From the NCBI GenBank assembly GCA_963727625.1, contig CAVSHR010000002.1, forward strand, positions 64,001 to 128,000: a stretch of DNA of 64,000 nucleotides, read 5' to 3'. The stretch comes from an uncultured delta proteobacterium. GTDB lineage: Bacteria; Desulfobacterota; Binatia; UBA9968. Position numbers and translations under genes: made by a program. A model generated the notes under the pieces. It did not search any database. It was not told where the DNA came from and was given only the letters and a program-made list of their open reading frames with translations. Positions 48,913 to 57,161 of the stretch are shown in pieces (within the stretch, counting starts at the first letter, position 1; every line of letters begins with the position of its first letter).

Positions 48913-49797
48913 CTATTTTGCTTTTTTGAGCATTTCTTCCGCCGTGGCGATAAAGGCGCGGACCTTGGGTGAGACGAAGCGCTGCACCGGGTAAACGAAC
49001 GAGAAGGCGACCGGCGGTCCATGCCACTCGGGCAAGACGCGCCGGAGCCGTTCATCGCGCGCTTCCTCGGCGCAGAGAAACTCGGGCAAGTAAACGATGC
49101 CCTGGCCGAGCAAGGCGAATGCTTTGAGAGTTTCGAAGTCGTCGGCGCGCAGCCGACCCGTAATCGCCGGTTGGGCGCTTTCGCGGCCGTTGGTGAGGTC
49201 CAAGCGATTTCCTTTGAGCAGGGAAAAGCGCAGGAGCTCGTGCTCCGGCAATTCTTTCGGATGTGAGGGAGTGCCGCGTCGCTTGAGATAGTCAGGACTG
49301 GCCCACAAGCCAAAATGACCGAGGGCGAAGCGCTTGGCAATGAGGCGCGAGTCGGCGAGCCGGCCGGCACGGATCGCCAAGTCGATGCCTTCTGCGATGA
49401 GATCGACGACGCGATTGGTGATGATCAGGTCGATCTGGAGCTTCGGATGGCGCCGGAGAAATTCGCGCACCAGAGCGGCGAGCAAACTATGGCCGAGCTC
49501 CACCGGGGCGGTGAGGCGCAAACAGCCCTGGGGCTCCTGCTGCGCGCCGGCCAGCTCGGACTCGGCGGCTTGCAGTTGTTCCAACGCCAAAACGCATCGC
49601 TGAAAATAAATTTCTCCCGCCTGAGTGACGCGCAGCCTGCGGGTGGTGCGTTGCAACAAGGTTACGCCGAGGCGTTTCTCCAAAGCCGACACCTTGGCGC
49701 TGACCGTGGAGTTGGGCATGCCGAGCAACTTAGCCGCGCCGCTAAAACTCCCCGCTTGAACCACCTTGACGAAAATCTCGATGCCGTCCAGCTCCAT
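48913..49797 (-). CDS. LysR-family transcriptional regulator (CrgA-like)
   Basis: FVKVVQAGSFSGAAKLLG, LEKRLGVTLLQRTTR, VDLIAEGIDLAIR, PKVRAFI. Confidence 0.95.
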   Translation of the reverse strand: MELDGIEIFVKVVQAGSFSGAAKLLGMPNSTVSAKVSALEKRLGVTLLQRTTRRLRVTQAGEIYFQRCVLALEQLQAAESELAGAQQEPQGCLRLTAPVELGHSLLAALVREFLRRHPKLQIDLIITNRVVDLIAEGIDLAIRAGRLADSRLIAKRFALGHFGLWASPDYLKRRGTPSHPKELPEHELLRFSLLKGNRLDLTNGRESAQPAITGRLRADDFETLKAFALLGQGIVYLPEFLCAEEARDERLRRVLPEWHGPPVAFSFVYPVQRFVSPKVRAFIATAEEMLKKAK

Positions 49798-49917
49798 CCG
49801 GGCGATTGTACATTAGGCGGAAGAGTGTTTCCAAGTTTCCCCATCTAGTCGGCGAGGCTCTCAGTGTGTACCTTAAAGGCAGTCGCTTGAGTATCTTTTG
49901 CATCGAAAGGAGCGCAA

Positions 49918-50769
49918 ATGACCTTAACGTCAAGAAGAATTTTAAAGGTGATCGAGCCGCAGGCGGTCGTCGAGGGCGCGGGCGTTAGGCTCAAACGGAG
50001 CATCGGCACGCGCGAACTCGACTACCTCGATCCGTTTTTGCTGCTCGATCATTTCGCTTCAAAGAACCCGGCGGATTATCGGGCGGGCTTTCCGCTCCAT
50101 CCGCATCGCGGCATCGAGACCGTGACCTACCTGCTCACCGGCGCGGTGCGCCACAAAGATTCGGTCGGTAACGCCGGCGAAATCGGTCCCGGGGATTTGC
50201 AGTGGATGACCGCCGGTCGCGGCATCATGCATGAAGAGATGCCGCAGGTGCGGCCGGAAGGCGTGGCGGGATTTCAACTCTGGGTCAACTTGCCCAAGAA
50301 GGATAAGATGATTCCACCGCGCTATCAGAACGTTCACGCCAACGAGATCGCCGTGGTCGAACGCGACGGCGGCGCGACCATCCGGGTGATCGCCGGCCGT
50401 GTCGACGGCGTCAACGGACCGATCAGCGGCATCGCCGCCGAGCCGATGTATCTCGACATGTCGATCGCGGCCAATGGCTCGTTCACTTTGCCGATCCCGC
50501 GCGGCCATTCAGCGTTCGCTTATGTCTACGAGGGCGAGGGACGATTCGACGCCGATGATTCAGTCGTCGTTGCCGCGCCGAAGCTCGTGGTTTGGGACGA
50601 CGGCGATCGCGTTACAGTGCGGGCGGCGGAGAACAGTGTGCGTTTTCTCCTGGTGTCGGGAAAGCCTTTGAACGAGCCGATCGCCCGCTATGGGCCGTTC
50701 GTGATGAATACCAAAGGGGAGATTGAACAGACGCTGCGCGAACTGCAGCAGGGAACGTTTGCGCGCTAG
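49918..50769 (+). CDS. Pirin-family protein
   Basis: DPFLLLDHF, GFPLHPHRGIETVTY, WMTAGRGIMHEE, YGPFVMNT; divergent from lysR. Confidence 0.95.
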   Translation: MTLTSRRILKVIEPQAVVEGAGVRLKRSIGTRELDYLDPFLLLDHFASKNPADYRAGFPLHPHRGIETVTYLLTGAVRHKDSVGNAGEIGPGDLQWMTAGRGIMHEEMPQVRPEGVAGFQLWVNLPKKDKMIPPRYQNVHANEIAVVERDGGATIRVIAGRVDGVNGPISGIAAEPMYLDMSIAANGSFTLPIPRGHSAFAYVYEGEGRFDADDSVVVAAPKLVVWDDGDRVTVRAAENSVRFLLVSGKPLNEPIARYGPFVMNTKGEIEQTLRELQQGTFAR

Positions 50770-50933
50770 CTGCGCGCGCAAGGTAGCGATTCTCAAGTCG
50801 CGGTGCCGGCTAGTCATCGTCTTTCTTAGGCTGACTTCGGCCGTCGCCGCGCGCGCGTCAGCGCATGGTCAAGCCGTCGCTTCGGCAAGGCTAACTCCCT
50901 TTCAAGTGGCTGCTTACACGTCCCGGTCGTGAT

Positions 50934-51383
50934 ATGATTCACCGCATGAAAAATAGCGGGCCGATCCAACTAAGTCCGGAACAGGAGGCGATCCGCAAGC
51001 CGTTGCTGGAGCTGCATGGAGCTTTGCTTCGGTTGCACAAGGCCCTGATCGAATCGGAGCGGGTCGTGTACGAGCAAAACGTAAGCCCGATCCAATCGCC
51101 GAATCACTTTTTTCAGCTGCTGACCAATGATCCTTGGTTTGCCTGGCTGCGGCCGATTACCCAACTGATCGTCGCCATCGACGAAACCCTCGACGCCAAA
51201 GAACCTCTAGCCAACATGCACGTCGACGCGGTGATGAACCAATCGGTGTTTTTGCTGGTGCCGGCAAATAGCGGCAATGAGTTTGGCGAGCGTTATGTCG
51301 CCGCCTTGCAGCGCGACCCGCGCGTGGTGCTCGCCCATGCGCAAGTGGCCAAGCGCATCGGCTCGGGTGCTCCGCCGGCGTGA
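50934..51383 (+). CDS. Conserved hypothetical helical protein
   Basis: LLRLHKALIESER...LLTNDPWFAWLRPITQLIVAIDE; decayed paralog at 54340. Confidence 0.75.
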   Translation: MIHRMKNSGPIQLSPEQEAIRKPLLELHGALLRLHKALIESERVVYEQNVSPIQSPNHFFQLLTNDPWFAWLRPITQLIVAIDETLDAKEPLANMHVDAVMNQSVFLLVPANSGNEFGERYVAALQRDPRVVLAHAQVAKRIGSGAPPA

Positions 51384-51499
51384 ATTTATTCCAACTACCC
51401 TCGGGTCGCGATTACTCAAGCTGGCTGTCGCAAGCCAAAAAGCAGGGACGGATTGAAAACCCACCCCTACTGAAACGATGCTGTCGCCCTTCTTTGCGG

Positions 51500-52417
51500 T
51501 TAGGATTTCAAATACTTGTTGAAATGATCAAGGGTGCGCTGCCAGGCGAGTTTCGCGGCGGCTTCGTCGTAACGCGGCGTGGTGTCGTTGTGGAAGCCGT
51601 GATTGGTTCCAGGATAAATGTAAGCTTCGTACCTGATGTGGTTGGCTTTCAGAGCCTCTTCGTAGGCGGGCCATTTAGACAGGACTCTAGGATCCTTCTC
51701 AGCGAAGTTCAGCAACATCGCGGCTTTGATTTTCGCCACCTCGGCAGTCGCCGGGGCGAGGCCGTAGAAGGGAACGCCCGCGGCGAGCTGCGGCATGCGC
51801 ACCGCTAGAATGTTCACAATATCTCCGCCGGCGCAGAAACCGACTGCGCCAAGCTTTCCTGTGGACTGCGGGTGCTTTAGCAAAAACTCCGCGGCCGCAA
51901 TGAAGTCTTCAGCGATTTTCCCTCTGTCGAGCTTGCGCTGCATGGCAAGGGCTTTTTCGTCCGCTTCAGCGCCATACTTGTCGACGCTCGGATAACCGCC
52001 CAGCGGCCACAGCGCATCCGGGGCGAAAGCCATGAAGCCGGCCACGGCCAAGCGCCGTGCCACGTCTTCGATGTAAGGGTTGAGACCGCGATTTTCGTGA
52101 ATCACCAGCACCACGGGAAATTTGTCACCGCTCGCCGGGCGCGCGAGCAGGCCGCGCATTTTACCGTCCGACGCATTGCCCTTGGCCGAAGGGTACATCG
52201 TGTACTCGGCCTTGATGCGCTTGTCGTCTTTGGGGACCTGCTGCGCCCAAGCGTAGTTGGGCCGGAGCATCTCCCACAATCCCATCGCCGTCAGCCCCCC
52301 CACGGCGAACTTCGCTGCCCCGTCCAAGAACTCGCGGCGGCTGATGGCGCCATGGACGTACTTGTCTAACAGACTTAGCAGGTGTGGATCAAAATCACTG
52401 GTCTTCTTGCGCTCCAT
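51500..52417 (-). CDS. Dienelactone hydrolase (YghX-like) with Tat-like motif
   Basis: [45 protein letters not shown]. Confidence 0.92.
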   Translation of the reverse strand: MERKKTSDFDPHLLSLLDKYVHGAISRREFLDGAAKFAVGGLTAMGLWEMLRPNYAWAQQVPKDDKRIKAEYTMYPSAKGNASDGKMRGLLARPASGDKFPVVLVIHENRGLNPYIEDVARRLAVAGFMAFAPDALWPLGGYPSVDKYGAEADEKALAMQRKLDRGKIAEDFIAAAEFLLKHPQSTGKLGAVGFCAGGDIVNILAVRMPQLAAGVPFYGLAPATAEVAKIKAAMLLNFAEKDPRVLSKWPAYEEALKANHIRYEAYIYPGTNHGFHNDTTPRYDEAAAKLAWQRTLDHFNKYLKS

Positions 52418-52568
52418 CGAATGATATCCTCATATTAAAATTGAAATCTTGGGAACAGGGCGACCCGGAATCCGGTGTTAAAGTGCGCTTTCCGGAACCA
52501 CATTCGACTCACACGACTGTTGAGAGGCTCATTTATTATTTAAGCTCATTCTGAGACGGGACTTAGCT

Positions 52569-53441
52569 CTACAGATGCTTTTGGAAAAACTCCAGCGTCT
52601 TGGCCCACGCTTCTTTCGCCGCCTCTTCCCGGTAACTGCGTGGATTGTTGTCGCTATTGAATGAGTGGGGAGCGCCCGGGTATATTTTGTACTCAAACGA
52701 TTTGCCGTATTTTTTCATAGCCTGTTCCAGTTTCGGCACGCCCGATGTGATCCGATCGTCCGCGCCGCCGTAATGTCCTAAGACCGGCGCCGTGATATTT
52801 TTGACATCCTCGATGTTCGCCGGGTTATCGCCGTAGTACACTACCGTGGCCGCAACGTCTTTGCTGCGCGTTGTAAACATGAGCGCTTTGCCGCCGCCCC
52901 AACAGAAGCCCACTACGCCGATCTTGTTGGCGCGGACAAAGTTTTGCGCGTTGAGATAACGGACCGCGCCGGCAAGGTCCTCGGTAATCATCTCGTTTGT
53001 CAATTTCCGGCCCGCGGCGATCGCCGCGTTTCGATCGGCGAATGAACTCGTCCCGCCCGACCGGGACAGCAGGTCGGGCGCCAGCGCGACGTAACCGGCT
53101 TTTGCAAACCTTCGCGCCACGTCCCGGGTATGCTCGTCGATGCCGCTCCATGCGTGAACGACTATGATGGCGGGACGCGCGCTGTCCCCTTTGAGCCGCG
53201 TTAGATAACCGCCGATGGCGGTGCCGTCAGCCGCGTCATATTTAATTTCGCTCGAAGCCAGTGCCGCGTCGTGGGGGTCGACCAGATTGGCGTGGCTCGT
53301 GGCCGGCGCAACCGCATCAACTAAGGTCGTCGCAGCCGCAAGGCTCCCGGTTAAGACTAATGCCCTGTGCAAGAACTCCCGGCGTGTGAGTTTGCCGTTG
53401 CGAAAATCCTCGCTCAGCCTTTCAACATTAATTGCCATCAT
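52569..53441 (-). CDS. Dienelactone hydrolase with Tat-like motif
   Basis: LTRREFL, GFCWGG, YPGAPHSFN. Confidence 0.9.
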   Translation of the reverse strand: MMAINVERLSEDFRNGKLTRREFLHRALVLTGSLAAATTLVDAVAPATSHANLVDPHDAALASSEIKYDAADGTAIGGYLTRLKGDSARPAIIVVHAWSGIDEHTRDVARRFAKAGYVALAPDLLSRSGGTSSFADRNAAIAAGRKLTNEMITEDLAGAVRYLNAQNFVRANKIGVVGFCWGGGKALMFTTRSKDVAATVVYYGDNPANIEDVKNITAPVLGHYGGADDRITSGVPKLEQAMKKYGKSFEYKIYPGAPHSFNSDNNPRSYREEAAKEAWAKTLEFFQKHL

Positions 53442-53456
53442 TGTCTCCCGGACGTT

Positions 53457-54128
53457 TCAAAATTGAATCATTTCGAACTTTGTCAAGGTCGTCTGCCGCG
53501 ATACACCCGGTGCTTTGGTGAAATGATACGCAGTATACTGCTCGAAATAGGTGTCTTCCGAAGACATGCCGTCTACCGGAACGATCACTTTAAAGCCTCT
53601 GAATGCGGCTTGTGTGCCTGTGGCGATTACGGCGCCATGAGCTGCTGTGCCGACGACGATCACGGTCTTGATGCCCTTGTCGCGCAAGATCTTGTCCAAG
53701 TCCGTCCCGACAAACTTGTCAGCGGACGACTGCACCAGGGGTTCGCCGGCGAGCGGCGCGACTTCCGGGAAAATGTCGGCCGGCTTCGACGATGAAGTAT
53801 AGCTGTAAATTATGGATACGCCTTTGCTCCTGGCCTGAGACAAAAATGCTTGAATCTTCGGCACGGACGCGACGCAGCGCGGCCGCCTTTTGTTATTGCA
53901 AGACTGCTTCAGGATATCCAGGACTAGATACGCAGTAGATTTTGGATCGTCGATTTTTACCGGTTTCAACTCCGGCGGCTTGGGGGCCTGCACGCTGGCC
54001 CATTCGTCTATGATCGTCTTCGACTGCGCGAAAGAGATACCGGCGCAGAACAAAACAGCGTAAAACGACAGGCACATTGCCCGCCCTAGCCTGATTGAAC
54101 GATATTTCCTTGATGGTAGTGTGACCAC
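53457..54128 (-). CDS. Exported isochorismatase / cysteine-hydrolase-fold protein
   Basis: TAYLVLD, DKFVGTDLDKILRDKGIKTVIVVGT, GFKVIVPVDG; signal peptide. Confidence 0.82.
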   Translation of the reverse strand: MVTLPSRKYRSIRLGRAMCLSFYAVLFCAGISFAQSKTIIDEWASVQAPKPPELKPVKIDDPKSTAYLVLDILKQSCNNKRRPRCVASVPKIQAFLSQARSKGVSIIYSYTSSSKPADIFPEVAPLAGEPLVQSSADKFVGTDLDKILRDKGIKTVIVVGTAAHGAVIATGTQAAFRGFKVIVPVDGMSSEDTYFEQYTAYHFTKAPGVSRQTTLTKFEMIQF

Positions 54129-54339
54129 GATTTTCCCCTTTTTTATTTTGTCACCATTTTCGACGTTAGCTAACGCTCACCCGAGCGAAACGATCCACCC
54201 GTTTATGTTGTAAGAATTCGAGGAGCAAACTACCGGAATAATAGGTTTAGTCAATACACCTTAGCAAGTCTCTTTCGGGGTACATTTTTGGCTACTCACT
54301 AGGGTTAAGCCGGCGCTTAAATTGGCTATTGAAGGGTCT

Positions 54340-54603
54340 ATGGCGAAGGAGCCTTTTCTGCGACGTACGTCGGATGAGGACGGGATCAGGCGTCCGCTCC
54401 TTGAATTACACGATGCACTGCTGCTTTGCACAAGGCTCTGCTCGACTTCGAGCGCGCGGTTTACGAAGCAACGGTCGGGCCGATCCGTTCGCCCAATCAT
54501 TTTTTTTCAACGCTGACCGGCGATTCATGGTTTGCCTAGCTACGGCCGATCTCGCAATTAATCGTTGCAATCGATGAAACTCTGGACGCGAAGGAAGGCA
54601 AGC
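54340..54603 (+). pseudogene. Decayed paralog of 50934-51383
   Basis: RRPLLELHDALL / frameshift near 54425 / LHKALLDFERAVYE...SPNHFF...WFA*LRPISQLIVAIDETLDAKE; TAG 54537-54539; truncated. Confidence 0.85.
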
Positions 54604-54777
54604 GTCTATTTATTATCCGAACAGATGAAGAAGCGCAGGAAGGATCGTCTCATCTCTTTCCTGATCCCGCACGCGGGGAAGGAGGTAGGAAGGGGCTTTC
54701 CCCATACTGTGCGGTGAAAACTTGTTCGCTAGGCGATCCGGCACCCTAAAAGCGGAGAAGAGTTGCCTAAGCCGGCG

Positions 54778-55590
54778 TTACTCCGAGATGTCCATCAGAA
54801 TTCCGTCCGGATCTGCAAACGCGTGTTGGCCGACCGGGCAGGCATCCATGTCTTTTAGCAGGCCGCCGCCCTGGGGACCGCCGCCAATTTTTTTTGCTGC
54901 GCATTCGGGATGGGCCGCCGCGATTGCGTCCAAGTCCTTCTTGGTTTGCTCTACGCTTTCAACTTTAAAGCCGACGTGATCGAAGCCTTGCCGCAAGCTG
55001 CGATAATATCCGTTGTGACAGCGCCGGATAATTAAACGCACTTTGCCGTCGGTCAAGGTGATCGATCCCTCCTCGCCAGCTTCCTCGACCCCTTTGAGCT
55101 CCAGCACTTTGGTGTAAAACTCGGCTACTTCATCGGGCTTTCTGGCGCGCAGCGCGATGTGGTTGAGCCAGCGCGGCTGCTCCCAGCCGTCTGTAGCGTA
55201 ACCTTCGCGGACATTTTCCAGCCCTTTTTGAGATAAATCGAACTGGGTCCCGGTCGGATCTTGCGCCCGGGTGCCGGCGAAGGGAACGTAGGTCAACGCC
55301 CGCGTATGCAGCAGGTCCGGATAGAACCGATTGAGCCGGTCAACCGCTTCTTTCACGTCGTCGACCTCAAAGCCAAAGTGATCGAGGCCCTGATTGCCGC
55401 CGGCCCGCTTCGCTAAGAGCGCCAGACCGATGACACCGTCACTGATATGGCCGCGGTCCGGGTTGGACTTTCCGGTGTCGTCAGTCAAGCCGGTGGTGAT
55501 CTGCTTCATCCCGAAGATCGTCTGATAGAACTTGAACTCGGTGTCATAACGTTCCGTGTGGGTGGCCACGTGGCGGATTTTGGCGATCAT
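54778..55590 (-). CDS. VOC/glyoxalase superfamily protein (two domains)
   Basis: IRHVA, GLDHFGFEV, DPTG, LNHIAL, FDHVGFKV, DPDG. Confidence 0.85.
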   Translation of the reverse strand: MIAKIRHVATHTERYDTEFKFYQTIFGMKQITTGLTDDTGKSNPDRGHISDGVIGLALLAKRAGGNQGLDHFGFEVDDVKEAVDRLNRFYPDLLHTRALTYVPFAGTRAQDPTGTQFDLSQKGLENVREGYATDGWEQPRWLNHIALRARKPDEVAEFYTKVLELKGVEEAGEEGSITLTDGKVRLIIRRCHNGYYRSLRQGFDHVGFKVESVEQTKKDLDAIAAAHPECAAKKIGGGPQGGGLLKDMDACPVGQHAFADPDGILMDISE

Positions 55591-55673
55591 AGGAGGGTGC
55601 TCCTTCCGAAGTTCAAGATTAACTCCTTCTAGGTTAGGCCGGGCAAGGTTGTCAAGGCTCAAGGAATGAAAAC

Positions 55674-55718
55674 GTTCCAATCGTTCGAGTCGTTCAAAAT
55701 GTTCCAAACGTTTACGAG
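55674..55718. repeat. Tandem 9-mer repeat (5 units)
   Basis: GTTCCAATC GTTCGAGTC GTTCAAAAT GTTCCAAAC GTTTACGAG. Confidence 0.7.
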
Positions 55719-55769
55719 GATTGACTGGAAGAGCAGCGGCTTGTTAGGCTCCGCGGCTCGTGCCGCCCA

Positions 55770-56012
55770 AACAATTCGAGGGAGGAGATCGGAACCATAG
55801 CGAAATACCTTGGCGTCAAAGATCCATCCTTAGCCGGGGAAGTGTAAGACCGTCACCCGAGCCGCCACGGCGGATTCAGTTATCTTGACGACGCGTGGAT
55901 GCGCGGCGCCATCGATTTCACCAAGAAAAGCTTAGACGTAACTAAAGAGATACCGCCCAGCCAGGTGTTTGACTTCAGCTTCGTCGAAAAAACGCTGGGG
56001 CAGAAGAATTGA
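55770..56012 (+). pseudogene. C-terminal remnant of a NitT/TauT ABC SBP (absent from the ORF track)
   Basis: IAKYLGVKDPSLAGEV*DR...WMRGAIDFTKKSL...PPSQVFDFSFVEK; TAA at 55845-55847. Confidence 0.65.
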
Positions 56013-56129
56013 CTTGATTTCTAGCAAGCCTGGGCCGGCCAGTTTGATCACGATCACGAGCCACGAACACGACTAGCCGGATGGTTTCAGAAAAGTGTGG
56101 GACGCATATTTTCCGGAGTACTACTCGAA

Positions 56130-56606
56130 CTATCCCTCGGCATGCAAAACCTTGCCGCCGGCCTCGACCGGCTTGGCATCGATAAGGATGAACGCGATTT
56201 TGCAGGGCTCCGTACTGCGATTGATCCAGTTGTGAATCGTGCCGCGCTGCACAAGCATGTCGCCGGCCATGAGATGGACCATGGTATCGTCCATCTCCAT
56301 GTCGATCTCGCCCGACATGACGATGGCATAATCGATTGAATCCGTCCGGTGAATACGCGCCGAGACGCCGGGCAGAAACTCGACGACGCGAAAGACCGTG
56401 CCATTTTTCAACGTCGTGCCGACCTCGCGCTTTCCGCCATCCTCATCGCTCGTGTTGTCGACCGGAAAACCTTCCGTCGTCCAGACCACGCAAGCCGACC
56501 GCCCCGGCCGTCCGGAAGGGGGATTCTGAGTAACCTCATCGATCTTGACCACGGCACGCCCGCTGGCGTCGTGGCCGGTGACTACGCGTCGTAGGTGAAG
56601 TGGCAT
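56130..56606 (-). CDS. Cupin-domain protein
   Basis: RRVVTGHD, HRTDSIDY, GDMLVQRGTIHNW. Confidence 0.9.
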   Translation of the reverse strand: MPLHLRRVVTGHDASGRAVVKIDEVTQNPPSGRPGRSACVVWTTEGFPVDNTSDEDGGKREVGTTLKNGTVFRVVEFLPGVSARIHRTDSIDYAIVMSGEIDMEMDDTMVHLMAGDMLVQRGTIHNWINRSTEPCKIAFILIDAKPVEAGGKVLHAEG

Positions 56607-56899
56607 TTCGTTTCTCCATTTAGAATTGCCCGGTCGCTCTGATTCCGTAGTTTCAAATTGATTCGTAGAACATGTGAGAACCAGATTCAATTAATGTCGT
56701 GTTGGTTTTTTTGGCACAATTTCCTAGAATCTGACGGGAAACACCTACTAGGCCGCGCCCGCTTTTAGCCGTTGAATTGTACCTCGGTTGCGCGCAGCTG
56801 CTGAAATAATCCTGAAAAGTCGGCATCTCAGCGCAATCGTCAACGGGGCGATGATTAGAACACCTTGACCCGGAACAAACATTGCTTCTTATTGGCATC

Positions 56900-57112
56900 A
56901 TGGCCAACGAGCACAGATTGCCAATCTGTCGCCTTTGCGATAGCGAGAACGTGCGCGAATCTCACGTTAAAAACTTCGGGGAAAAGATCCTAACCGTTGC
57001 TTTCGTCAGACCATTTCGTTGCATCGACTGCAAACATCGATTTTGGGGATTCTCTCGAGGATCGGCCCGCCCCGCGACCCGTGTTTCCCGTCCCAACCAG
57101 AAACGCCGGTAG
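56900..57112 (+). CDS. Small zinc-ribbon protein
   Basis: CRLCDSENVRESH...RPFRCIDCKHRF. Confidence 0.6.
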   Translation: MANEHRLPICRLCDSENVRESHVKNFGEKILTVAFVRPFRCIDCKHRFWGFSRGSARPATRVSRPNQKRR

Positions 57113-57161
57113 TCAGAATCCAGCTTTATGCCCCAGAAAGCACCGCGTCGCCGTGCGCTTT

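Noticed and set aside
54537-54539. In-frame TAG as pyrrolysine or read-through
   Set aside because: It aligns with Trp (TGG) in the intact paralog, and the copy is also frameshifted and truncated, so this is ordinary decay.
22327-55749. Isolated GTTAGGC heptamers at 22327, 48499, 55633 and 55743
   Set aside because: No upstream TAAC box or paired inner boxes were found; a 7-mer alone is not evidence.
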